A stretch of 64,000 nt of DNA from positions 1 to 64,000 of the forward strand of contig CAVPOC010000006.1 of NCBI GenBank assembly GCA_963706955.1. The letters are read 5' to 3'. Positions within the stretch are counted from its first letter, which is position 1. Each line of letters opens with the position of its first letter. Below the pieces are notes generated by a model, which was not told the DNA's origin, did not search any database, and was given only the letters and a program-made list of their open reading frames with translations. The position numbers and the translations under genes are program-made. The DNA is from an uncultured Verrucomicrobiae bacterium (GTDB taxonomy: Bacteria; Verrucomicrobiota; Verrucomicrobiia; Chthoniobacterales; Terrimicrobiaceae). Positions 51,019 through 60,786 of the stretch are shown piece after piece.

Positions 51019-51486
51019 TTATCTTTCCTTGTCCGCAACGGAAAACGTGACGTTGCCGACCCCGGATCTGCCAACCGCCTCGAGCAAGCCCCGCATGAAT
51101 TCGTAACGAACCTCCTTATCGGCGCGGACAAGGACTCGGACGAAAGGGTTAGCACCCACCTTCGCCTGAAGCATCGGCGCGAGTTGGCCAAGATTGATGG
51201 CCTTTTCGTCAACTTCGATCACCGTCTGATTGTTGATCGCATTGTGAAGAACATTAACAATGACTTGGCCGGGATTTTTCTTTGATTCCTTCGCTTCTCG
51301 GGCAACCGGCAAGTCCACGTCTTGATTGGACTGCAGCATTTCCGTGGAACTAATCGACATAAAGAAAACGAGCAGCACCAGCAGGATATCAATCATCGGC
51401 GCGATCTGGAACTCAGGATCGACTTCAGGCTCTGCCTTCCTAACGCGCTTCTTCCGGCCCGGTCTATGAAGTTCCCGTTCGACCAT
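51019..51486 (-). CDS. ExbD/TolR-family biopolymer transport protein
   Basis: IAPMIDILLVLLVFFM; VLVRADK. Confidence 0.9.
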   Translation of the reverse strand: MVERELHRPGRKKRVRKAEPEVDPEFQIAPMIDILLVLLVFFMSISSTEMLQSNQDVDLPVAREAKESKKNPGQVIVNVLHNAINNQTVIEVDEKAINLGQLAPMLQAKVGANPFVRVLVRADKEVRYEFMRGLLEAVGRSGVGNVTFSVADKER

Positions 51487-51507
51487 TCCTTGGCAACAGA
51501 CAAGTCC

Positions 51508-52425
51508 TTACGCCCACTCGAGCGAGGCTCCACAGTGCGGGCAGGGACTTTGTCCTGGTTGGATCGTTCCGTTGCAGATCGGGCAGTTGGTCGTCAAGGC
51601 CACAGACACCTTTCGGGACGAGCTCGACGAAGAAGGGACGCTGGCGCCGGCTTCGAAGTTTTCGCCGATCTTGATTCCCGCAAGCTCGTCAAAGGGGATG
51701 TCTTCCACCAGGTAGTTGAGCTTGTCGTCGGCATTGACGAGGACAATGGTCGAGCGGTTTCGAAAGTAGTAATAAAAAATGAACGCCGGAATGGCGATGA
51801 ACAGGCCGCTGGCTGTCGCCATGAGAACCTCGCCGATACGCAAAGCCAAAGCTCTCGGGTCCGACACACCTGAGGAGCCAAGAACGGCGAAAGCCCCCAT
51901 CATTCCAATGACCGTTCCGAGCAGACCAATCATCGGCGCCACCACGCCGACAACGGAGAGATAACTATTCTTTGTCCTGAGCACCTGGGCTTCGCGCAAG
52001 CCGTGTTCGATCAACGCATTTTCCACGGCGTCCTTCCCGCGACCGATGCGCTCAAGAGCGCCCTTAAGGACACGGGCGATATATGCTTTGTTGGCGTGGC
52101 AGATCTCCCAAGCCTCTTGGTAATTGCCGGCCCGAATAGTCGCTTGAAGGGAGTCGAGTAAAGCTTTCGGCGCAAGTTGTTCATCGCGCAGGGTGAGAAA
52201 CAGCTGAATAATGAACGTCACCATGATGACGGAGGTCGCCAGGATCGCGACCCAGATCAAGATGATGAGAGGTCCGCCATCGGCGATCGTCTCCAGAATG
52301 GTGTGCGACTCTGCGGCGGCACTGGTCTCTCCGGTGGCCTCTTGCGCGAAGGCTCCAGGCGAAAGAAGGAGCAGCCAGCAGGAGGGAACGAGGGCGCGCG
52401 ACAGCAACGAATTAACTTTCTTCAT
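51508..52425 (-). CDS. MotA/TolQ/ExbB proton channel protein with C-terminal zinc ribbon
   Basis: APMIGLLGTVIGM and ATASGLFIAIPA; C-terminal CPIC-x10-CPHC. Confidence 0.9.
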   Translation of the reverse strand: MKKVNSLLSRALVPSCWLLLLSPGAFAQEATGETSAAAESHTILETIADGGPLIILIWVAILATSVIMVTFIIQLFLTLRDEQLAPKALLDSLQATIRAGNYQEAWEICHANKAYIARVLKGALERIGRGKDAVENALIEHGLREAQVLRTKNSYLSVVGVVAPMIGLLGTVIGMMGAFAVLGSSGVSDPRALALRIGEVLMATASGLFIAIPAFIFYYYFRNRSTIVLVNADDKLNYLVEDIPFDELAGIKIGENFEAGASVPSSSSSSRKVSVALTTNCPICNGTIQPGQSPCPHCGASLEWA

Positions 52426-52435
52426 GGGCAATCAA

Positions 52436-53179
52436 TCAGGGAACAATCACCTGCTTCTCTTTGACGAGAACGTCAGCGCGGTCCTGCGCTTTGGCAACAA
52501 CGGCTCGATCGTCGTGGAAAAGAGTAACCGCGCTTAAGTAGTCGCGGAGCGCCTCGGGATAGGCTCCTTCACTTTCATGCACCATTCCCATCAAGTAGAA
52601 CGCCTGCCCGTAAGCCGCGCTTTTCCCAGCGGGCGCGGCCATCACCTTGTCAGCTTCTGAGACGATCGGCAGAAGCCTCGCCTTGGCCGTTGCAAAATCC
52701 TTCTTCGAGACAGCCAGTCTCGCCAAGCCAATATCCGAGAGCGAGGTGGCATTTGGGTAGGACTTTGTGAATTCGGCGAAAGCGCTCTCCGCACCAGGAA
52801 GTTGGCCCAGCGAAAGATAAACGTCGCCAAGCATAGCGGCAGCTCGCTCCGCCCACTCGGTGGGCAGACCGCGAAAGGCCTCCACCACAGGCTTCAAAAA
52901 GCTCAGAGTTTGGTTGGCGTTGCCCTCCTGCCAAGCCTTGATCGCGTCCTCATATGCTTTGGGGGGATCCTTGGTTACCGAGGCAATTTGATCCATCGCG
53001 ATGCTAGTCTCGGCTGGTCCGACCTTGATCTTGAGCTTGCCATTGATGACGCCGAGGATTTCTCCCTCACGACGCTGCCCATCCTTTTGGACGATAAAAT
53101 CCTGGGCAATTAGCATGCTGAGGGTCCCCCAGAGGGTCACCAGAGCCAGGCAGCAACGCCGGGACACACTTGCATTCAT
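52436..53179 (-). CDS. Secreted TPR-like protein
   Basis: Signal peptide, a beta-rich N-terminal domain (DFIVQKDGQRREGEI), then TPR-like helices. Confidence 0.75.
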   Translation of the reverse strand: MNASVSRRCCLALVTLWGTLSMLIAQDFIVQKDGQRREGEILGVINGKLKIKVGPAETSIAMDQIASVTKDPPKAYEDAIKAWQEGNANQTLSFLKPVVEAFRGLPTEWAERAAAMLGDVYLSLGQLPGAESAFAEFTKSYPNATSLSDIGLARLAVSKKDFATAKARLLPIVSEADKVMAAPAGKSAAYGQAFYLMGMVHESEGAYPEALRDYLSAVTLFHDDRAVVAKAQDRADVLVKEKQVIVP

Positions 53180-53235
53180 TTCTTATCTGCTTTAATCACA
53201 TCCGCCCGGCAAATCAACAGTTTCGCCGCTCTTTC

Positions 53236-54738
53236 ATGATTACCATTCTTCGAAAAAACCAGCGCGTGCTCATGCTGGTGGTCGCCGTCTTGACGATTAT
53301 CGCCTTTATCTGGCTCTACAATCCCGCAGATACCTATCAACTGGGGAGAGGCGCGGTCGCCACCATCTACGGGCGTAAAGTTTCCCAGGCGGATGTCGAG
53401 CGTCAGGTCAAGACTTATCAACTCGCTCTGGCGATGGGGCAATTCTCGCTGCTCGAAAACCTGGGCGGAATGAGTCAAGACGAGAATCAGGCTCTGGATG
53501 AATTTATCTGGAACCTTTTCGTCGTGCACCATCAGGCGAAAGAACTCGGTGTCGAGCCGACCGACTCGCAAATTGCTGACCGCATAAAAGCAGTTCGAAC
53601 CTTCCAGACGGGCGGGCAGTTCGATCCGTCGAAGTACAAGGTCTTCGTCCTCGAGCAACTTGGGCCGCGTGGTTTCACCGAGCTCCAGCTCGAGAACGTC
53701 ATTCGCGATGCTCTACGGGTCGAACGCATCCGAGAAATTGTCTCTTCTCCCGCCGCGGTTAGCGATCTGGATTTTCGAGACACCGCACGGGTGCTCCAGG
53801 AACTCAGCGCGCAGGTGGTTCGTTTTCCACTGGCGTCGGTTGCGAATGTCGCGAGCGTCACCGAGGAGGAAGTAGCCGACTTTTATCGGCAATATGGCCC
53901 GGCCTTATCGATCCCGGAAACACGCGCAGTCGAATATGTGAAATTCCCTCTCGTGCCGGGCGAGAAGCCGCTCGAGGGGCGCGAGAGAGTCGAAGCGCTC
54001 CAGAAGTTGGCCGACGCGGCCACGCAATTCTCCGAGCAAGCTGCGGCATCCTCCTTCGAAAACGCGGCCGCGACGCAGGGTCTGACAAGCCAAACAACCG
54101 CAGAATTTGACCGAGATGGCTCGACCACCTCGTCTAGCAATCAGGCCATCGCCGCGGATCTCAAGAACCTGGCGCCGACCGCGTTTCTTCTCACCGACAA
54201 AAATCCGGTGAGCGACGTCGTTCAGTCCGGTGACGCATTTTTCGTGCTGAAACTGGCGAAGGTAAATCCGCAGCGTCCGATGACCTTGGAGGAGGTGCGA
54301 CCCCTGGCCGAGAAACAACTGGGCGCACGCAAGGCGGAGCGTCTCCTTCGCGAAAAAGCCGAACCAGCGCTCGCTAAGATTCGCGAGGCCATGGCTGCAG
54401 GGAAGTCGTTTTCTGATGCAGCTGCGGCAGAGGGGCTGCCGGTCAAGAGCTTTGACCACCTCGACCCGAGCGGTGAAAACCTCTCCGCGGAAGAGCAGGG
54501 AATCGCTGCGGCCACGCTGCTCATGGAACCTGGACAGTTTTCCGGATTGATCTCCGATGCGGATGGTGGGTTCGCTGTCTTTCTCTTCGAACGCGCTCCC
54601 CTCGCTGCGGCTGCTCTGGAAAAGAAGCCTGAATTGACGGCGCGCATTCTGGAAAGCAAGCGTCGTTTGCTTTTTCAGACCTGGTTATCTTCGGCTCGCG
54701 ATGCCGCGAAAGTGACGCTTGCTTCCGTCCGAGAGTGA
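53236..54738 (+). CDS. SurA N-terminal domain / PpiD-like periplasmic chaperone
   Basis: N-terminal TM anchor, VATIYGRKVS, AKELGVEPTD, FQTGGQFD and VSDVV..GDAFFVLK. Confidence 0.8.
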   Translation: MITILRKNQRVLMLVVAVLTIIAFIWLYNPADTYQLGRGAVATIYGRKVSQADVERQVKTYQLALAMGQFSLLENLGGMSQDENQALDEFIWNLFVVHHQAKELGVEPTDSQIADRIKAVRTFQTGGQFDPSKYKVFVLEQLGPRGFTELQLENVIRDALRVERIREIVSSPAAVSDLDFRDTARVLQELSAQVVRFPLASVANVASVTEEEVADFYRQYGPALSIPETRAVEYVKFPLVPGEKPLEGRERVEALQKLADAATQFSEQAAASSFENAAATQGLTSQTTAEFDRDGSTTSSSNQAIAADLKNLAPTAFLLTDKNPVSDVVQSGDAFFVLKLAKVNPQRPMTLEEVRPLAEKQLGARKAERLLREKAEPALAKIREAMAAGKSFSDAAAAEGLPVKSFDHLDPSGENLSAEEQGIAAATLLMEPGQFSGLISDADGGFAVFLFERAPLAAAALEKKPELTARILESKRRLLFQTWLSSARDAAKVTLASVRE

Positions 54739-54739
54739 C

Positions 54740-55093
54740 ATGTCTCGCCATCCTCGAGCTGTCGAACTTTTCGAAGAGGCGACCGGCGATATCGCGCTGG
54801 GCGAGATCGATGCGGCTGTCGCCAAATATCGGGAGTGTGTTCGACTTGATCCGGAGTATTTCGACGCCTGGCATGCGCTGGGGATGGCTCTGATGAAGGC
54901 GGCGCGCGTCGGTGAGGCGATCGAGGCCGGACTCAAGGCGGTCGAGATCAATCCCAATGACCAGCTCGCCTGGTCGAGTCTCTCGATCTTCTATGTAAAA
55001 AACGGCCAGGTGCCCGAGGCGGAGGCGGCCGGAGCTAAGGCGAGGATCTTGTCCTGGGGAGGAAAGATTAGAAAGGACGAGACCGAGCGGTGA
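54740..55093 (+). CDS. Tetratricopeptide repeat protein
   Basis: LDPEYFDAWHALG and AVEINPNDQLAWSSLS. Confidence 0.8.
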   Translation: MSRHPRAVELFEEATGDIALGEIDAAVAKYRECVRLDPEYFDAWHALGMALMKAARVGEAIEAGLKAVEINPNDQLAWSSLSIFYVKNGQVPEAEAAGAKARILSWGGKIRKDETER

Positions 55094-56622
55094 AGGCGTT
55101 CTTCATTACGACGGCGATCGACTACACGAATGCCCCGCCGCATCTCGGCCACGCCTATGAGAAGATCCTTGCCGATGTCCTCGCCCGTTACCATCGCCTA
55201 AAGGGAGAGGCGACGTTCTTTCTCACCGGTGTGGATCAGCATGGCCAAAAGGTCCAGCAGGCCGCGCAACGAGAAGACATACCCGTCGAGAAATTCGTCG
55301 ATCAAACCACAGAGAAATTCGTGGCGCTCTGGAAGAAACTTGATCTCAGCTATGATGCTTGGGCCGCCACAACCAATCCCTTGCACAAGACCTGTGTCAG
55401 GAAAATTCTGCAGACACTCTACGAAAAGGGTGAGCTCTACAAGGCGACCTATCGGGGCTTCTATAGCGTGCGACAGGAGCAGTTTCTTACCGACAAGGAG
55501 CGCGGACCTGAGGGTGTCTTTGGCCCTGAGTGGGGCGAGGTTATCGAACTCGAGGAGGAAAATTGGTATTTCCGGCTGGCAAAATATCGCGCTTGGCTGC
55601 TGGCCTTTCTCGACACCCACCCGACCTGCGTTTCGCCAGCCTTTCGTCAGCAGGAATTACGCAATGCGGCCGAAAAGCTGAGCGGCGATTTATCGATCTC
55701 GCGCCCAAAGTCTCGTCTCGCCTGGGGGATCGAACTGCCATTTGACTCCTCATGTGTGACCTATGTCTGGTTCGATGCCTTGGTGAACTACATCAGTTTC
55801 GCCGGCTATCTTGAGGACGACATTGCTTTTCGCGAGCGTTGGCCTGCTTTGCACGTTATCGGCAAGGATATCCTCATTCCGGCGCATGGCATCTACTGGC
55901 TGGCCATGCTCAAGGCGATGGGCTTTGCCGATGACGATATGCCGACGTTTCTAGTCCATGGTTACGTCCTCGTCGATGGCGACAAGATGAGCAAATCTTT
56001 GGGCAACATTCGTGACCCAAATACGTTCGCCGATACCTTCGGCGCCGAAGCGCTTCGCTATTATCTCATGCGGGATTGTGTTGTCGGCCAGGATATGGAT
56101 TTCACCGACCAACGGTTGATTCAGCGCTTCAATAGCGAACTCGCTAACGGTCTCGGGAACCTTGTCAATCGAACACTCACCATGGCGCATCGATATCGCC
56201 ATGGCCGCTTATCACAGTCACTGCAGGATGGCTTGCGCGACCGCGCGCTCTCCGCCGCGAGCTCGTATGCGGAAGCCATGGAAGCCCAATCGATAAACCT
56301 CGCTCTGGAGAAAGTGGCGGAGCTGGTGACCGAGGCAAATCAGTTCGTGGAAAGAAGTGCGCCTTGGAAGCTCGCCCGGGAAGCAAACAATGAAGCGCGG
56401 CTCGACGCGATATTTTATCACCTGGCAGAAGTCATCAGGTTGATCGCGATCATGATCTCGCCGGTAATCCCAAAGGCCGCGGCAGACATTCTCCAACAAC
56501 TGAACTGGACTGGCCGGTGGGCGCTGACGGAAACGTCCTGGGGCATTTTGCCTGAGCGTCATCAACTCGGAGAGCCGCACCCAATTTTTCCAAGGATCGA
56601 AGCCACCGCCAAGGTGGACTAG
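55090..56622 (+). CDS. metG: Methionine--tRNA ligase
   Basis: ITTAIDY.N..PHLGH, LTGVDQHGQK, YVWFDAL, IGKDI and KMSKS. Confidence 0.97.
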   Translation: MKAFFITTAIDYTNAPPHLGHAYEKILADVLARYHRLKGEATFFLTGVDQHGQKVQQAAQREDIPVEKFVDQTTEKFVALWKKLDLSYDAWAATTNPLHKTCVRKILQTLYEKGELYKATYRGFYSVRQEQFLTDKERGPEGVFGPEWGEVIELEEENWYFRLAKYRAWLLAFLDTHPTCVSPAFRQQELRNAAEKLSGDLSISRPKSRLAWGIELPFDSSCVTYVWFDALVNYISFAGYLEDDIAFRERWPALHVIGKDILIPAHGIYWLAMLKAMGFADDDMPTFLVHGYVLVDGDKMSKSLGNIRDPNTFADTFGAEALRYYLMRDCVVGQDMDFTDQRLIQRFNSELANGLGNLVNRTLTMAHRYRHGRLSQSLQDGLRDRALSAASSYAEAMEAQSINLALEKVAELVTEANQFVERSAPWKLAREANNEARLDAIFYHLAEVIRLIAIMISPVIPKAAADILQQLNWTGRWALTETSWGILPERHQLGEPHPIFPRIEATAKVD

Positions 56623-56659
56623 CCTGAACTGCTGAATAGTCTCCACCGCAATTTGACCA

Positions 56660-57664
56660 GTGTCGGATTTCACTCCAACGTTGCGACAAAGGCTGGAATT
56701 TTGGGGACTTTCCCTCCTGGTCTGGATGGTAGGTCGCCTGCCCTATGGTTTCTTGCGACGGATGGCCGGGGTGCTTGGCGCCCTTGTCTTTGCTTTCGAC
56801 AAACGCGGAAGGGAAGTGGCTCTGGCAAACTTGGACTCCGCTTTCGGTGACGCACGCACGCGCCAAGAGAAGCGGCGAATCGCCGTGGGCAGCTATCAAA
56901 CATTTGCGCGCACGATGCTCGAGCTCTTTTGGTCCCCTAATCTTAGCGAGCGTGTCGCCCGCGGTATTGCACGGTTTGAAGGTCTCGAGCCTTGCCATAC
57001 TGATCCCCGGCAATCGGCGGTCTACCTCTGTTTGCACTACTCAAATTTCGAGTGGTTCAGCCAATTCGCCGCTTACACGGTCGGGAATGGTGCGGTGATC
57101 GCGCAGCGATTCAAGAACCCCCTCATCGGTCAGATTTTCGATCGCCTCCGAGCCAGTACCGGCCATTGGGTGATCCCGCAAGAGCGTGCCATGATTCGAA
57201 TGCTCAAACATCTCAAGAGCGGTGGCAAATTCGCGATGCTCTGTGACCTCAATCTCGATCCCAGCGAGACCAGCGTGATCATCGATACCTTCGGTGGCCT
57301 TAAGATCTGCGTGACACAGATGCAGTCCGCGCTGGCGCTCCGCACCGGCGCCAAAATCGTTCCTTGCGAATGCCGGCCGGAGGCCGACGGGACTTACCGA
57401 ATGGTGTATCACAAACCGCTAGAATTCTCAGCGGAGACCAGCGCGGCAGAGATTACCCAGCTCTGCTGGAACGTCCTGGAGCCGTCGATTCACCAACAAC
57501 CCGAATGCTGGCTTTGGGCCTACAAGCACTGGCGTTTCCTGCCATCCGACGACAAGAGCGGTCGCTATCCATTCTACGCCAACATCGCCAAGCGGTTCGA
57601 TAGAATGCAGGCGAAGCAACAGAAGGCGGCCTCTTCTACGGCTCGACAGTCTCCAGATAAGTAG
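56660..57664 (+). CDS. Lipid A biosynthesis (LpxL/HtrB-family) acyltransferase
   Basis: HYSNFE catalytic motif, KNP, LCD and E..I...PECWLW.YK.W. Confidence 0.85.
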   Translation: MSDFTPTLRQRLEFWGLSLLVWMVGRLPYGFLRRMAGVLGALVFAFDKRGREVALANLDSAFGDARTRQEKRRIAVGSYQTFARTMLELFWSPNLSERVARGIARFEGLEPCHTDPRQSAVYLCLHYSNFEWFSQFAAYTVGNGAVIAQRFKNPLIGQIFDRLRASTGHWVIPQERAMIRMLKHLKSGGKFAMLCDLNLDPSETSVIIDTFGGLKICVTQMQSALALRTGAKIVPCECRPEADGTYRMVYHKPLEFSAETSAAEITQLCWNVLEPSIHQQPECWLWAYKHWRFLPSDDKSGRYPFYANIAKRFDRMQAKQQKAASSTARQSPDK

Positions 57665-59128
57665 ACTTGCCATCTTGAATCCGGAGAATCATTCCCGGCT
57701 TTCGGGGATTTCGATCTTGATCGAATGCGATTGTTCCAGTCACGCCGGCAAAATCCTTCGTCGCGGCAAGGGCATCTCTCAGCGCAGTTGAAGTGGTGCT
57801 GCCGCCGCGTCGCAAGGCATCCGCGAGGAGCCAGACGGCGTCGTAGGTGAGCGCGGCGAGCGAAGGAGGGGCTGCTTGAAACTTGGCCCGGTAAGACTCG
57901 CTGAAGGGCTTGGCTCTATCGGAGAGGCGCTCGCTGGAAAAATGGCTTGCGAAATAACAGTTGTTCACGGCTTGGCCCGCGAACTTGAGAAGCTCGCCGG
58001 AGTCCCAACCGTCCGTTCCAAGGAATGGAACTTCGATGGCCAGCTGGCGCGCTTGCTTAATGATGACCGCAGCCTCCGCGAAGTAGCTCGGGAGGAAAAC
58101 GATGTCGGGATTTCTCAGCTTAATGGCGTTGAGCTGGGTTGCATAGTCAACGTCGCCGGCCCGGAAGGTTTGCTCCGCCACGATCGATCCCCCTTGTTTG
58201 ACAAAATCAACCTTAAAGGCATTGCCCAAGCTCGTGCCATAAGGGTTGTCCCCATCAAAAAGGATGGCCACTTTTTCTGCATCGAGGGAGCGAGCGAATT
58301 TCGTCATCATGGCAGCTTGGAACGCATCAGTGTAGCAGACGCGAAAGACATAGTCGCCGACTGCAGTGATCTTCTCGTTGGTTGCGCTCGGAGTGATCAG
58401 AGGAATGCCGCGCTCCTGCGCGACCGCCGCAGCGGCGAGCGTGCGATCCGTGGTGATCTCGCCGATCAGCGCGACGACCTTCTCCGTGTCGATCAATTCG
58501 CCGACGACCGAGGCGACCCGTTCGGTTTGTGATTCAGTATCCTTGACGATCAGGTTCACCGGATGATCAAGAACGCCGCCTTGCTCGTTGATTTCATCGA
58601 CGGCCAGCTTCGCTCCATTTAAAGCCTCGATGCCGAAAGACGCGTGCGAACCAGTCAGTGGGATAAAAAGTCCAACCCGGGTGGCCAGCGGATCTTGCGG
58701 AGATTCGGGCAGTGTCAGGGGTCCGGGCGCCGGGATAGGCTCGACACTGTTTGGCGTTAAGGCTGGCCGCAGCAACTCTGCGGTTGTGCGGCGGCAACTC
58801 TGTGGTGTGCGGTGGCGACTCTGTGGCGTGCGGCGGCGACTCAGCGGTGTGCGGCGGCGACTCTGTGGCTTCCACGGCCGGCGCGACGGCAGGCGAGGGC
58901 GAGGCCGCGGCTTCCGGCGGCGGAACGGGAGCTTGTAGTGGCCGGACCGGAGCTTGCAGCAGCACGGAGGCTTGCTGCGCCGCGACGGCTTGCTGGGGAG
59001 CCTGCTCTGCGGTTGCGCGTTGTTGGTGCGGCGACGGGCTGTTCTTCAGCAAGTGCGGCCGGCTTTTTGTTGCAGCCGGTTAAAGCGAAGGCCACGCTTA
59101 AGACCAGCAACAGAGAAGTGCGCTTCAC
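57636..59128 (-). pseudogene. ABC transporter substrate-binding lipoprotein (LivK-like) with a Pro-rich linker interrupted by two 1-nt frameshifts (near 59017 and 58785)
   Basis: The lipobox (FALTGC), the Pro/Ala linker and the LivK-like domain (GLFIPLTG..A.FG, LAVDEINEQGG, DYVFRVC, GTDGW, GVTG.I.FD) lie in three different frames. Confidence 0.7.
58774..58869 (-). repeat. Intragenic 21-bp tandem repeat (about 4.5 units) encoding ESPPHxx
   Basis: GAG TCG CCG CCG CAC ACC GCT-type units; one unit is 22 bp (extra A). Confidence 0.9.
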
Positions 59129-59302
59129 TGGGCGAAGTCTAGGGCAGCTACGGGCGGGCGCAACCGAGTTGTGCGGGGGGAGGGAGCACTGGAGCGGGCA
59201 ACGAGAGTTCACTTTCCACCGAGCAAAACTCGGTCAGTTTTGCTCACTTAATTGGAAATCCCGATATTGCTCTAAGCCAGGATTAGGAGCTAAACTCTCT
59301 TT

Positions 59303-60721
59303 ATGCCCCTCGAGTCCGAACTGAAGGTTGAGAAGAAGGCCTTTCAAATTAATATGGACCCGCGCATTTATGGCGCTTTCGCGGAGATTGGCGCCGGGCA
59401 GGATGTCGCCCGCCGGTTCTTCGCCGTCGGCGGAGCTGCGGGCACCGTGGCTAAGTCAATTTCGGCCTACGACATGACTTTTTCGGACGCGATCTATGGT
59501 GCATGCGGGCGCTATGTGAGCAGAGCCCGGCTCGATAGCATGCTGACTCACGAATACAAGTTGCTGATCGAAAGGCTCGACGAAAAGTTCGGCGGATCGC
59601 GCACCTTTTTTGCCTTTGCAGATACGGTGGCCGCCCGCAGTTTTCGTCGTCATGCGGAATCGCAAGGTTGGATGGGCATCCGTTTTCAGAAACAGCCTCG
59701 GACAGAAACCAATGAAATCATTATTCATGTTCGGATGCTCGATCCCCGCAATCTCCAGCAACAGGAAGCTCTCGGGATCGTCGGAGTAAACCTTATTCAC
59801 GGAGCCTACTTTCTCACCGAGAATCCCGAAGCTTTAGTTGAGTCCCTTGTCGACGATCTAGCTCCGGGCCGTATTGAGATCGACATGATTCGCTTTACTG
59901 GTCCCGATTTTGCGGATGTGGATGATCGCATCATGGCGCTGCAGTTGGTCACGCAGAATCTTACCAATGCGGCGCTGTTTCGGGCCACTGGCGACATTGT
60001 GAATGCCGCCGATGCGCTCTATAAAAAGCCACTGCTCGTGGAGCGGGGAAGTTTCCGCCCGGTCACGCTCCTCGCCGATGACATGTTGAATTGTGGCAAG
60101 GCAATGTTCATGCGGGAGGAGGGGGTGCAGGACTCCGAGCCGGAGATTCTCATGGAGATCACGACGAAGAACCTCCTGGCGGGCGGGGAGCTTGACCTGC
60201 GAGATTTTCTGGACAGGGTCGATATGCTCGGCGCCATGGGCCGGACGGTGTTGATTTCGAATTACGGGGCCTATTACCGATTGGTGGATTATCTGACGCG
60301 TTACACCGATCGGATGGTCGGCTTGCCACTGGGAATTCCAGCGATGGCTGAGATTCTCGAAGAGGAGTATTATAAGGATCTCGAAGGCGGGATTCTGGAA
60401 GCTCTGGGGCGTCTCTTCAAGACCGGTGTCAAACTCTACGTGTATCCGTTTATGAATCCAAACGGAGACTTGGTGACCGCCGATAACTTCGAGGTGGCGC
60501 CAAACCTTGTCCACCTGTATCGGCACCTCCTGGATAACGGGTTTATTGAGTCTATGGATGGGTACAACCCGAGCTATTTGCCGATCAAGTCATCCGGTGT
60601 TCTGGCGAAGATCCGGGCCGGAACTGCGGGCTGGGAGAACATGGTTTCACCGGAGGTCGCGAAGATCATCAAGGAACGCCAACTCTTTGGATATCCCTCA
60701 GAGCTCGTGGCCAAGAACTGA
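59303..60721 (+). CDS. CinA-like plus nucleotidyltransferase-like (NadD-like) conserved protein
   Basis: YGAFAEIGAGQ.VAR.FF.VGGAAGTVAKSISAY N-terminal domain; ERGSFRPVT; C-terminal SS.VL.KI..G...WE.MV..EVA.IIKE..LF. Confidence 0.65.
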   Translation: MPLESELKVEKKAFQINMDPRIYGAFAEIGAGQDVARRFFAVGGAAGTVAKSISAYDMTFSDAIYGACGRYVSRARLDSMLTHEYKLLIERLDEKFGGSRTFFAFADTVAARSFRRHAESQGWMGIRFQKQPRTETNEIIIHVRMLDPRNLQQQEALGIVGVNLIHGAYFLTENPEALVESLVDDLAPGRIEIDMIRFTGPDFADVDDRIMALQLVTQNLTNAALFRATGDIVNAADALYKKPLLVERGSFRPVTLLADDMLNCGKAMFMREEGVQDSEPEILMEITTKNLLAGGELDLRDFLDRVDMLGAMGRTVLISNYGAYYRLVDYLTRYTDRMVGLPLGIPAMAEILEEEYYKDLEGGILEALGRLFKTGVKLYVYPFMNPNGDLVTADNFEVAPNLVHLYRHLLDNGFIESMDGYNPSYLPIKSSGVLAKIRAGTAGWENMVSPEVAKIIKERQLFGYPSELVAKN

Positions 60722-60786
60722 GCCAAGGCGCCAGGCTCTGCCAGGGCGAGGGTTGTTTGCTCTCACCGGCCTGATATGGTGAAAGG

